Assembly: GCF_001457595.1 (NCBI RefSeq)
Contig: NZ_LN831039.1
Location: 6,360,001-6,392,000, forward strand
Length of the DNA: 32,000 nucleotides
Direction: 5' to 3'
From: Mycolicibacterium smegmatis
GTDB lineage: Bacteria > Actinomycetota > Actinomycetes > Mycobacteriales > Mycobacteriaceae
Numbering within the stretch: position 1 is the first letter of the stretch; every line of letters begins with the position of its first letter. Shown in pieces: positions 23,622-32,000 of the stretch. The notes below the pieces were generated by a model. That model saw only the letters and a program-made list of their open reading frames with translations, had not been told where the DNA came from and did no database searches. A program made the position numbers and the translations under genes.

Positions 23622-24839
23622 CTACAGCTCCTTGATCCCCCACGGCGAGCCGTAGTCCTTCAGCAAATTCAGGAACGGCACGGCGTCGAAGGCCTCCGGT
23701 CCCAGCGCACCGGCCCCGCTCCACACTCCCGACGCCAGAAGTTCCAGCGCCACAACGGGATTGATCGCGGTCTGCCACACCACGCACTGGTGGCCGTACT
23801 CGGCCATCGACCACTGGTTGTCCACGACGTGATACAGGTACGTCGACCGCGGCGCGCCGTCCTTGCCCTTGCCGGTCACCCACAGGCCCGCGCAGGTCCT
23901 GCCGTGCATCTGCGGTCCCAGCGTGGCCGGGTTGGGCAGGCACGCGGCGACGACGTCGCGCGGGCTCACCTCGACCGGGCCGTTCGCGCCGGGCACGCGG
24001 ACCTTGTCGGTGCGGTCCAGGCCCAGCTTGTGCAGCGTCTTGAGCACGTCGATGAACTCACTGCCCAGCCCGTACTTGAACGTCGCGCGCTTGCACTTCA
24101 CCCAGCGCGGCATCAACAGCACCTCTTCGTGCTCGACGTTGACGCACTCGACCGGGCCGATACCCTCGGGGAAGTCGAAAACCTCTGGCTCGCTGAAGGG
24201 TTCGGTGACGAACCAGCCGCGGTCGGCCTCCCAGACCACCGGCGGGTTGAGGCATTCCTCGATGGTCGTCCAGATCGAGAACGACGGCGCGAAGTCGTAT
24301 CCCTCGACCACCAGGTTCGAACCGTCGCGCGTGCCGAGTTCGTCGATCTCGGAGAACAGGTGGTCGGCGGCGTAGCGCGCGAACACATCCGAGAGTCCGG
24401 GTTCGACGCCGATGCCGACCAGCGCGAGACGGCCCGCGGCCTCCCAGTCCCCGGCGGCCCCGAACTGCTCGTCGCCGAGTTTGACGCCCGTGAGCTCGTA
24501 GGGCCTGTCCGGGTGCCGCCGCGACAGGCTCATCGCCATGTCGAGGTAGTCGGCACCGCCGGCCAGTGCCCCGTTGAAGATGGGCATCACGAACCGCGGG
24601 TCGACGGCGTTCATGACATGGGTGATCTGGTGCTCACGCACCAGGTCGGCCACCGCGTCGGCCGACGTCGCGTCCACCTGCGCCGCGGTGAACCGGGCGT
24701 CGCCGACGGCCTCCGCGGCCTGCCGCGCACGGCTCTCGTCGTAGTCGCACACCACGATCTGATCGAAGAAATTGCGGCGCGCGGCGATCGCACAGAAGGC
24801 CGAGCCGACGCCGCCGGCACCCACCAGGAGAATTCGCAT
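23622..24839 (-). CDS. Saccharopine dehydrogenase-like NAD(P)-binding oxidoreductase
   Basis: N-terminal Rossmann fold MRILLVGAGGVGSAFCAIAARR. Length of 405 aa and C-terminal domain typical of the saccharopine dehydrogenase / homospermidine synthase-like family. Confidence 0.8.
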   Translation of the reverse strand: MRILLVGAGGVGSAFCAIAARRNFFDQIVVCDYDESRARQAAEAVGDARFTAAQVDATSADAVADLVREHQITHVMNAVDPRFVMPIFNGALAGGADYLDMAMSLSRRHPDRPYELTGVKLGDEQFGAAGDWEAAGRLALVGIGVEPGLSDVFARYAADHLFSEIDELGTRDGSNLVVEGYDFAPSFSIWTTIEECLNPPVVWEADRGWFVTEPFSEPEVFDFPEGIGPVECVNVEHEEVLLMPRWVKCKRATFKYGLGSEFIDVLKTLHKLGLDRTDKVRVPGANGPVEVSPRDVVAACLPNPATLGPQMHGRTCAGLWVTGKGKDGAPRSTYLYHVVDNQWSMAEYGHQCVVWQTAINPVVALELLASGVWSGAGALGPEAFDAVPFLNLLKDYGSPWGIKEL

Positions 24840-24915
24840 GAAAGACGACCGTACCCAATGGCTACGGTTTCGTCATTAGTTTATGGATTTGGCGATGGAA
24901 TCCGTCGTCGAATCG

Positions 24916-26160
24916 CTATACCGCGATGGATAACGTAGACATGCCGCGCAGCGTCAAATTCCGCTTGTACTCCGGTTCGCCGCTGAGCCGGGCCTCGGGG
25001 AACCGGGCCGCGAGCGCGGGCAACGCCACGGTCGCCTCGAGTCGGGCCAGAGGTGCCCCCAGACAGAAGTGCGCCCCCTTGCCGAAGCCGAGGTGCCGGA
25101 TCTGAGCGCGGTCCGGATCGAACCGGTCGGGGGCGCCGACGATCGTCGGGTCGCGGTGCGCCGCGGCGAGCAGCAGCAACATGGTGTCGCCCTTGGGCAC
25201 CGTGTGCGTCCCGATGGTCAGGTCGTCGCCTGCGTACCGCGACACCAACTGCACGGGCGGGTCGTACCGCATGGTCTCCTCGATGACCGCGGAGGCCCGG
25301 GATCCGTCGGCGGCCAGCGCGGCCCACTGTCCGGGGGTGCGCAACATGGCCAGGGCCGCGTTGGCGATCAGGTTCACCGTCGTTTCGTGGCCCGCGATCA
25401 GCAGCAGGTTGCAGGTCGCGATGATCTCGTCCTCGGTGAGCTGATCGCCCGACTCCTCGACCGCGACCAAACCGGACATGAGGTCCTCACCCGGTGTGCG
25501 GCGCCGCTCGTCGATGAGGGCTCGCAGATAGTCGCGCAGCCACATCCCGGCCTTCATCTGTTCGTCGAACAGATCCGACGTCTCGCCGGTGAGCGCCAGG
25601 AACGGGTCCAGGGCCGCGGCCAGCAGCGCCGACGCGCGGCTGAACTTCGGTTCGTCCTCGATCGGCACGCCGAGCAGTCGGCAGATCACCGCGACCGGCA
25701 GCGGGTAGGCGAGGTTGTCGATGAGGTTGAACTCCGGCCCGTCGACAGCGTCGAGCAGTTGGTCGACCAGCGCGGTGATCTCGGGCTCGAGCCGCTTGAT
25801 CACGCGCGGCGCGAACGCCTTGCTGACCAGGCCGCGCAGCCTCGTGTGATCGGGCGGGTCGAGGAACAGGAAGCTGGCGGGCCCCTGCGGTCGCGGCTGC
25901 GTCTCGGCGGCGAGTTGCCGTTGAAAGATGGTCGATTTCGTGCGGTCGCTGCACGACGAGGGGTGCCGCAGAACGTCGTCGCAATCGGAAAAGCTGGAGA
26001 ACACCGCGAGATTCGCCTCGGGGAGCGCAAGCGGTCCGCCGCGGCGGATGCGGTCATAGATCGGGTACGGGTCGGCACGGGTGGCAGGGTCGAGCAGTTG
26101 GAGCAGCAGTCCCTGCGCCTCTTGGGCTGTCGCGGCGGTCGACATCCACCCATTGTGCAT
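24916..26160 (-). CDS. Cytochrome P450
   Basis: Heme-binding loop FGKGAHFCLGAPLAR, ExxR motif EETMRYDPP, I-helix LLLIAGHETTVN. The start is either ATG 26160 (MHNGW) or ATG 26145 (MSTAAT). Confidence 0.93.
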   Translation of the reverse strand: MHNGWMSTAATAQEAQGLLLQLLDPATRADPYPIYDRIRRGGPLALPEANLAVFSSFSDCDDVLRHPSSCSDRTKSTIFQRQLAAETQPRPQGPASFLFLDPPDHTRLRGLVSKAFAPRVIKRLEPEITALVDQLLDAVDGPEFNLIDNLAYPLPVAVICRLLGVPIEDEPKFSRASALLAAALDPFLALTGETSDLFDEQMKAGMWLRDYLRALIDERRRTPGEDLMSGLVAVEESGDQLTEDEIIATCNLLLIAGHETTVNLIANAALAMLRTPGQWAALAADGSRASAVIEETMRYDPPVQLVSRYAGDDLTIGTHTVPKGDTMLLLLAAAHRDPTIVGAPDRFDPDRAQIRHLGFGKGAHFCLGAPLARLEATVALPALAARFPEARLSGEPEYKRNLTLRGMSTLSIAV

Positions 26161-26193
26161 GCGACTTTCGCGTACCCCGCTCGGCGAACGCTC

Positions 26194-27984
<1,791 letters not shown>

Positions 27985-27998
<14 letters not shown>

Positions 27999-28893
27999 GG
28001 AATTCCACGACCGCCGAGGCGAGGTCTTCGCCGGCGTCCTCCTGCAGGAAATGACCCGCGCCGGAGATCACGGGGTGCTCGATGCCGTGGGCGCCGCGCA
28101 TCTCCTTCTTGAAGATCGGGGCCATGCCGCCGGTGATGGGGTCGCCGTCACTGAACGCGACCAGCATGGGGGTCTTGCTGGCGCGCAGCACTTTCCATGC
28201 CGCGCGGTTGGCCTCGGCGGCCGGGTCGTCGGGTGAGGTGGGCACCAGGCCCGGCATCGCACGCGGCCCGGCGCAGTAGGAGTCGTCGGGGAACGGGGCG
28301 TCGTAAGCCGCGATCACGCCGTCACTGAGCGGACGGCGGCACCCCGAGGCCACGAATCGTCCGACGTCGACCTTCGGCGCCTTCTGTATCGCGTTGCGGA
28401 ACTGCCACCAGATATCGGGCATCGGGATGTCACCGGTGGGCAGGCCGGTGTTGGCGACGACGATGTTGGCGAACCGGTCCGGATGTTCGGCGGCCAGTCG
28501 CAGCCCGATCAGCCCGCCCCAGTCCTGCCCGACGAGGGTCACCTTCCGCAGATCGAGCGCGTCGAACACCAGCGACCGCATCCACTCGACGTGCCGCGCG
28601 TAGGTGTGGTCCTCGATGCGGGTGGGCTTGTCGGAGCGGCCGAACCCGACGAGGTCGGGGCAGATGACGCGGTGACCCGCCGCGACGAGGATCGGGATCA
28701 TCTTGCGGTACAGGAACGACCAAGATGGTTCCCCATGCAACAAAAGGACGGGTTCGGCGTGCGCCGGGCCGTCCTCGACCCAGGCCACCCGCAGCCGTCC
28801 GCCTTCCCCGTCGTCAATATCGCAATACATTGGCGCGTAGGGGAATTCGGGAAGCTGGGCAAATCGCTCGTCCGGTGTACGCAAAGTCTGCAC
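27985..28893 (-). CDS. dhmA: Haloalkane dehalogenase, HLD-I subfamily (DhlA/DhmA-like alpha/beta hydrolase)
   Basis: Collinear with my recollection of Xanthobacter DhlA: RTPDERF...LHGEPSWSFLYRKMIP. Nucleophile VGQDWGG, catalytic His AGHFLQED, acid in FSDGDPI. GTG start at 28893. Confidence 0.9.
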
Positions 28894-28900
28894 AGCTTCG

Positions 28901-28906
28901 AATCTA
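28901..28906 (-). promoter_or_regulatory. Candidate -10 hexamer TAGATT (minus strand) for a leaderless haloalkane dehalogenase transcript
   Basis: The minus strand reads TAGATT, then 7 nt (cgaagct), then GTG 28893. No SD. Confidence 0.4.
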
Positions 28907-29013
28907 CGGCGGCGTGTGCAGCAGTTCGGGGAATTCGCGTAATCACATAACGCGATTGCCAGCTAACTCCATACTTTGCAGGACGGCTGGTTTGATCTTG
29001 ACCGGCCACGACC

Positions 29014-29559
29014 GTGAGGAGATCAGTGGTGAAGCGAGGGTTCCTGGTAGCTGTCGGAAGTGCCGCACTTGTCGTCGCGGGTCTGTCCGGCTGTTCGTCC
29101 GACGACAAGAGCGCCGAGGCAAGCGAGGCGTCACCCACCGCAAACGCGACCGTCGACTCGACGGCCTCACCCGGCACCTCGGTGGCGGCAGGCGACGCCA
29201 CCGCCACCACCGGGACGGGTACCGCCCGGGTGGTCATCGACGGCGCCGAACACCCTATCGAGGGATCAGTCGTGTGCGCCACCGTGGCGGGCAACGTGTC
29301 CGTGACCGTCGGCCAGGGCACCTCCGCCGTCACCGCGACCCTGTCCGAAGGGGATCAGCCCGCCGTCAGCGCGGTCGCGCTCGGCAACATCGACGGTGTG
29401 AGCCTCGGCTACACGCCGGGTGTGCCGGGTGGCAGCGCAGAGGCCACCAAGGACGGCAACAAGTACACGATCAAGGGCAGTGCCACCGGCGCTGACATGG
29501 CCAACCCGATGGCCGGTGCGGTGACCAAACCGTTCGAACTCGAGATCACCTGCCCGTAG
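29014..29559 (+). CDS. lpqH: LpqH (19-kDa lipoprotein antigen) homologue
   Basis: Lipobox ALVVAGLSGCSSD. The mature part is collinear with M. tuberculosis LpqH as I recall it (VVIDG...GSVVCATVAGNVSVTVG...LGNIDGVSLGYTPG...ATKDGNKYTIKGSATGADMANPM...FELEITCP). The likely true start is GTG 29026 or 29029, downstream of GAGGAG (29016-29021). Confidence 0.88.
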   Translation: MRRSVVKRGFLVAVGSAALVVAGLSGCSSDDKSAEASEASPTANATVDSTASPGTSVAAGDATATTGTGTARVVIDGAEHPIEGSVVCATVAGNVSVTVGQGTSAVTATLSEGDQPAVSAVALGNIDGVSLGYTPGVPGGSAEATKDGNKYTIKGSATGADMANPMAGAVTKPFELEITCP

Positions 29560-29578
29560 AAATAGTCTCCTACGTGTT

Positions 29579-29597
29579 GGGCCCGGCCTGCGGGCCC
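29579..29597 (+). terminator. 7-bp GC stem-loop GGGCCCG / gcctg / CGGGCCC downstream of lpqH
   Basis: Exact complement arms 29579-29585 and 29591-29597, starting 20 nt after the lpqH stop. No U-tract. Confidence 0.4.
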
Positions 29598-29653
29598 CGG
29601 CCAGATCCGACGCGCCCCCCGAGAACGCATCGGAGAACGACGCGGTGTGATGT

Positions 29654-29672
29654 GCTTGGCCCATGGCCAAGC
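29654..29672 (+). promoter_or_regulatory. 8-bp inverted repeat GCTTGGCC-CAT-GGCCAAGC centred on the MsAcT start codon
   Basis: The arms 29654-29661 and 29665-29672 are exact reverse complements. ATG 29663-29665 spans the 3-nt centre and the first base of the right arm. Confidence 0.45.
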
Positions 29673-30313
29673 GAATTCTGTGTTTCGGTGATTCCCTGAC
29701 CTGGGGCTGGGTCCCCGTCGAAGACGGGGCACCCACCGAGCGGTTCGCCCCCGACGTGCGCTGGACCGGTGTGCTGGCCCAGCAGCTCGGAGCGGACTTC
29801 GAGGTGATCGAGGAGGGACTGAGCGCGCGCACCACCAACATCGACGACCCCACCGATCCGCGGCTCAACGGCGCGAGCTACCTGCCGTCGTGCCTCGCGA
29901 CGCACCTGCCGCTCGACCTGGTGATCATCATGCTGGGCACCAACGACACCAAGGCCTACTTCCGGCGCACCCCGCTCGACATCGCGCTGGGCATGTCGGT
30001 GCTCGTCACGCAGGTGCTCACCAGCGCGGGCGGCGTCGGCACCACGTACCCGGCACCCAAGGTGCTGGTGGTCTCGCCGCCACCGCTGGCGCCCATGCCG
30101 CACCCCTGGTTCCAGTTGATCTTCGAGGGCGGCGAGCAGAAGACCACTGAGCTCGCCCGCGTGTACAGCGCGCTCGCGTCGTTCATGAAGGTGCCGTTCT
30201 TCGACGCGGGTTCGGTGATCAGCACCGACGGCGTCGACGGAATCCACTTCACCGAGGCCAACAATCGCGATCTCGGGGTGGCCCTCGCGGAACAGGTGCG
30301 GAGCCTGCTGTAA
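29663..30313 (+). CDS. SGNH/GDSL hydrolase = M. smegmatis aryl esterase / acyltransferase / perhydrolase MsAcT
   Basis: MAKRILCFGDSLTWGWVPVEDGAPTERF... Block I GDSLTWG (Ser11) and block V DGIHF (Asp192, His195, counted from the sequence). 216 aa. Matches the published MsAcT sequence as far as I can recall. No signal peptide. Confidence 0.93.
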   Translation: MAKRILCFGDSLTWGWVPVEDGAPTERFAPDVRWTGVLAQQLGADFEVIEEGLSARTTNIDDPTDPRLNGASYLPSCLATHLPLDLVIIMLGTNDTKAYFRRTPLDIALGMSVLVTQVLTSAGGVGTTYPAPKVLVVSPPPLAPMPHPWFQLIFEGGEQKTTELARVYSALASFMKVPFFDAGSVISTDGVDGIHFTEANNRDLGVALAEQVRSLL

Positions 30314-30323
30314 GGCTGGGGGC

Positions 30324-32000
30324 ATGCACTTACGTCCCGCTCTGACGTGGCTCCTGGTTGTCGGTCTGTTCATATCGGTCGTCGGATGTTCGTCGTCCCC
30401 GGATCCGGCCGACCGGTTCTCGGCGTTCGCCGAGGCGCTGGGCCGCAAGGATGCGGCCGCGGCGGCCGCCCAGACCAGCGATCCGGCGGCCGCGGAGGCG
30501 GCCATCACCGCGATGCTGGCCGGGATGGGCGACGCCGCGAACGTCTCGGTGGCCGCCGAACCCGAGGAAGGCGACGACGCGGGCGCGACGCTGAAGTACA
30601 CGTGGACCTGGGGTGAGGGCCGCGACTTCGGCTACGACACCACCGCGACGGCGGCCAAATCCGGTGACGACTGGCTGATCACCTGGTCCCCCACCGTGTT
30701 GCACCGCGACCTCACCCCGGATCTGCGCTTCCAGTACAGCGAGGACAGCGAATTGCAGACCCCGGTGCTCGACCGCACCGGCCAGCCGTTGATGACATGG
30801 CAGACCGTCGGTGTCATCACTGTCGAACGCGCACATCCGGAGTCGGCCGCACCGCTCGCCGCCCTGCTGGCGCCCTTCGATCCGACCACCACCACCGAAT
30901 CGGTCACCGCACAACTCAATTCGACGACCGATGACCGCGTGACGGTGATGAAGCTGCGCGAGGACGATCTGGGTCAGGTGCGCGATCAGCTCGCGCAGAT
31001 CCCCGGCGTGACCGTGCGTGAGCAGGGTGAGCTGCTCACCGCCGACCGGCAGCTGTCCTCGCCCGCCATCAGCGGCCTGGACGAGCTGTGGCACGACCGG
31101 ATCACCGCCAACGCGGGCTGGTCGGTGTACCTGGTCGACGCCGACGGTGCACCCGCACAACAGCTCACGTCCACGCCGCCCAAGGACACCGGGCCCGTGC
31201 GCACCACGCTGGACCTGCGCATGCAACTGCTCGCGCAGCAGGCCGTGGCCAAGGAGACCCGCCCGGCCGTGGTGGTCGCGATCTCCGGATCGACCGGGGG
31301 CATCCTGGCCGCCGCACAGAACCCGGCCGCCGATCCGCAAGGTGCGATCGCGTTTTCGGGCCTGTACCCGCCGGGGTCGACGTTCAAGACCATCACCACG
31401 GCGGCAGCCCTCGACGCGGGCCTGGCCACCCCGGACACACCGGTGGCCTGCCCGGGTGAGCTCACCATCGAGAACCGCACGATCCCCAACGACGACAACT
31501 TCGACCTGGGCACCGTGCCGTTGTCGTCGGCGTTCTCGCACTCCTGCAACACCAGCATGGCCGCCCTGTCCGACGAGCTGCCGCCCAACGCACTGACCGA
31601 CATGGCAAAGGACTTCGGGATCGGCGTCGACTTCATGGTGCCCGGCCTGACCACCGTGACCGGCCGTGTCCCCAACGCCGACAACGCCGCCCAGCGTGTC
31701 GAGAACGGCATCGGCCAGGGCACCGTGACCGTCAGCCCGTTCGGCCTCGCCGTCGCCGAGGCCAGCCTGGCGCACGGTTCGACGATCCTGCCGACGCTGG
31801 TCGACGGCGAGAAGACCACGGCCGACACCCCGTCGGTGCCGTTGCCGCCCAACATCACCGACGCGCTGCGCGCGATGATGCGCGGAACGGTCACCGAGGG
31901 CACGGCCACCGCGTTGAGCGACATCCCCGACCTGGGCGGCAAGACCGGCACGGCGGAATTCGGCGACAACACGCACTCGCACGGCTGGTTCGCGGGCATC
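30324..32000 (+). CDS. Penicillin-binding lipoprotein (NTF2/MecA_N-like N-domain plus transpeptidase), 3'-truncated by window end
   Basis: Not in the ORF track because it has no stop within the window. I translated frame 30324 by hand and found it open to base 32000 (559 codons). Signal and lipobox MHLRPALTWLLVVGLFISVVGCSSS. Transpeptidase motifs GSTFK (SxxK, about 31374-31388), SHSCN (SxN) and GKTGTAE (KTG, about 31941-31961). It starts 10 nt after the MsAcT stop. Confidence 0.85.
   Translation, partial: MHLRPALTWLLVVGLFISVVGCSSSPDPADRFSAFAEALGRKDAAAAAAQTSDPAAAEAAITAMLAGMGDAANVSVAAEPEEGDDAGATLKYTWTWGEGRDFGYDTTATAAKSGDDWLITWSPTVLHRDLTPDLRFQYSEDSELQTPVLDRTGQPLMTWQTVGVITVERAHPESAAPLAALLAPFDPTTTTESVTAQLNSTTDDRVTVMKLREDDLGQVRDQLAQIPGVTVREQGELLTADRQLSSPAISGLDELWHDRITANAGWSVYLVDADGAPAQQLTSTPPKDTGPVRTTLDLRMQLLAQQAVAKETRPAVVVAISGSTGGILAAAQNPAADPQGAIAFSGLYPPGSTFKTITTAAALDAGLATPDTPVACPGELTIENRTIPNDDNFDLGTVPLSSAFSHSCNTSMAALSDELPPNALTDMAKDFGIGVDFMVPGLTTVTGRVPNADNAAQRVENGIGQGTVTVSPFGLAVAEASLAHGSTILPTLVDGEKTTADTPSVPLPPNITDALRAMMRGTVTEGTATALSDIPDLGGKTGTAEFGDNTHSHGWFAGI

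Noticed and set aside
24844-24874. Imperfect inverted repeat GACGACCGTA ... TACGGTTTCGTC in the lower-GC spacer between the P450 stop and the saccharopine-dehydrogenase-like start; a TACGGT hexamer lies 8 nt before the ATG
   Set aside because: The stem needs a 2-nt bulge, and the -10-to-start spacing is longer than in the other leaderless candidates. It is plausible, but not strong enough to list as a feature.
30330-31982. 550-aa and 337-aa minus-strand ORFs (30330-31982 and 30986-31999), the only long ORFs listed for this region
   Set aside because: The plus-strand frame from ATG 30324 is open to the window end and encodes a lipobox plus SxxK, SxN and KTG transpeptidase motifs. The minus-strand ORFs are its shadows. 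The real gene is absent from the track only because it lacks a stop inside the window.

Overview
High-GC actinobacterial chromosome segment, almost certainly Mycolicibacterium (Mycobacterium) smegmatis. Two things support this: the 216-aa SGNH hydrolase at 29663-30313 matches, as far as I can recall it, the published MsAcT acyltransferase/perhydrolase, and the polD1(Prim-PolC)-ligC1 / ligC2 layout is the one described for that species. The window is densely coding. I call 30 CDS; one of them, a PBP lipoprotein, runs off the 3' end and is therefore missing from the ORF track. I see no rRNA, tRNA, CRISPR array, transposase, integrase, toxin-antitoxin pair or recognisable prophage or defence island. 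It reads as core genome, not an accessory island. Content in order: (1) a membrane protein with an acidic tail; (2) a secreted PepA-like protease; (3) a PucR regulator with a DadA-like FAD oxidoreductase; (4) a Gre-factor homologue; (5) a TetR regulator; (6) a seven-gene chain from 6250 to 14064 whose six internal junctions all overlap, encoding a family III CoA-transferase, MHS-type MFS transporter, Zn-ADH, ALDH, CitE-like acyl-CoA lyase, D-2-hydroxyacid dehydrogenase and GntR; (7) the Prim-PolC/LigC1 and LigC2 DNA-repair module; (8) a type-B carboxylesterase; (9) an orphan 122-aa protein; (10) GluQRS; (11) an amino-acid ABC importer with a fused binding-protein/permease; (12) a minus-strand group of acetyl-CoA hydrolase/transferase, saccharopine-dehydrogenase-like protein and cytochrome P450; (13) tgt; (14) two LpqH-type lipoproteins bracketing an HLD-I haloalkane dehalogenase; (15) MsAcT followed 10 nt later by a PBP lipoprotein. 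Most long ORFs opposite these genes are GC-driven shadow ORFs. The most system-like unexplained item is the 6250-14064 operon, whose substrate is unknown. It is followed by the head-to-head ligC paralogues, the tgt plus gluQ pairing, the MsAcT-PBP linkage, and a recurrent TANNNT-N6/7-start-codon pattern suggesting several leaderless transcripts. One of these lies inside a 14-bp inverted repeat around the TetR start. I cannot establish novelty for any of these from sequence alone.
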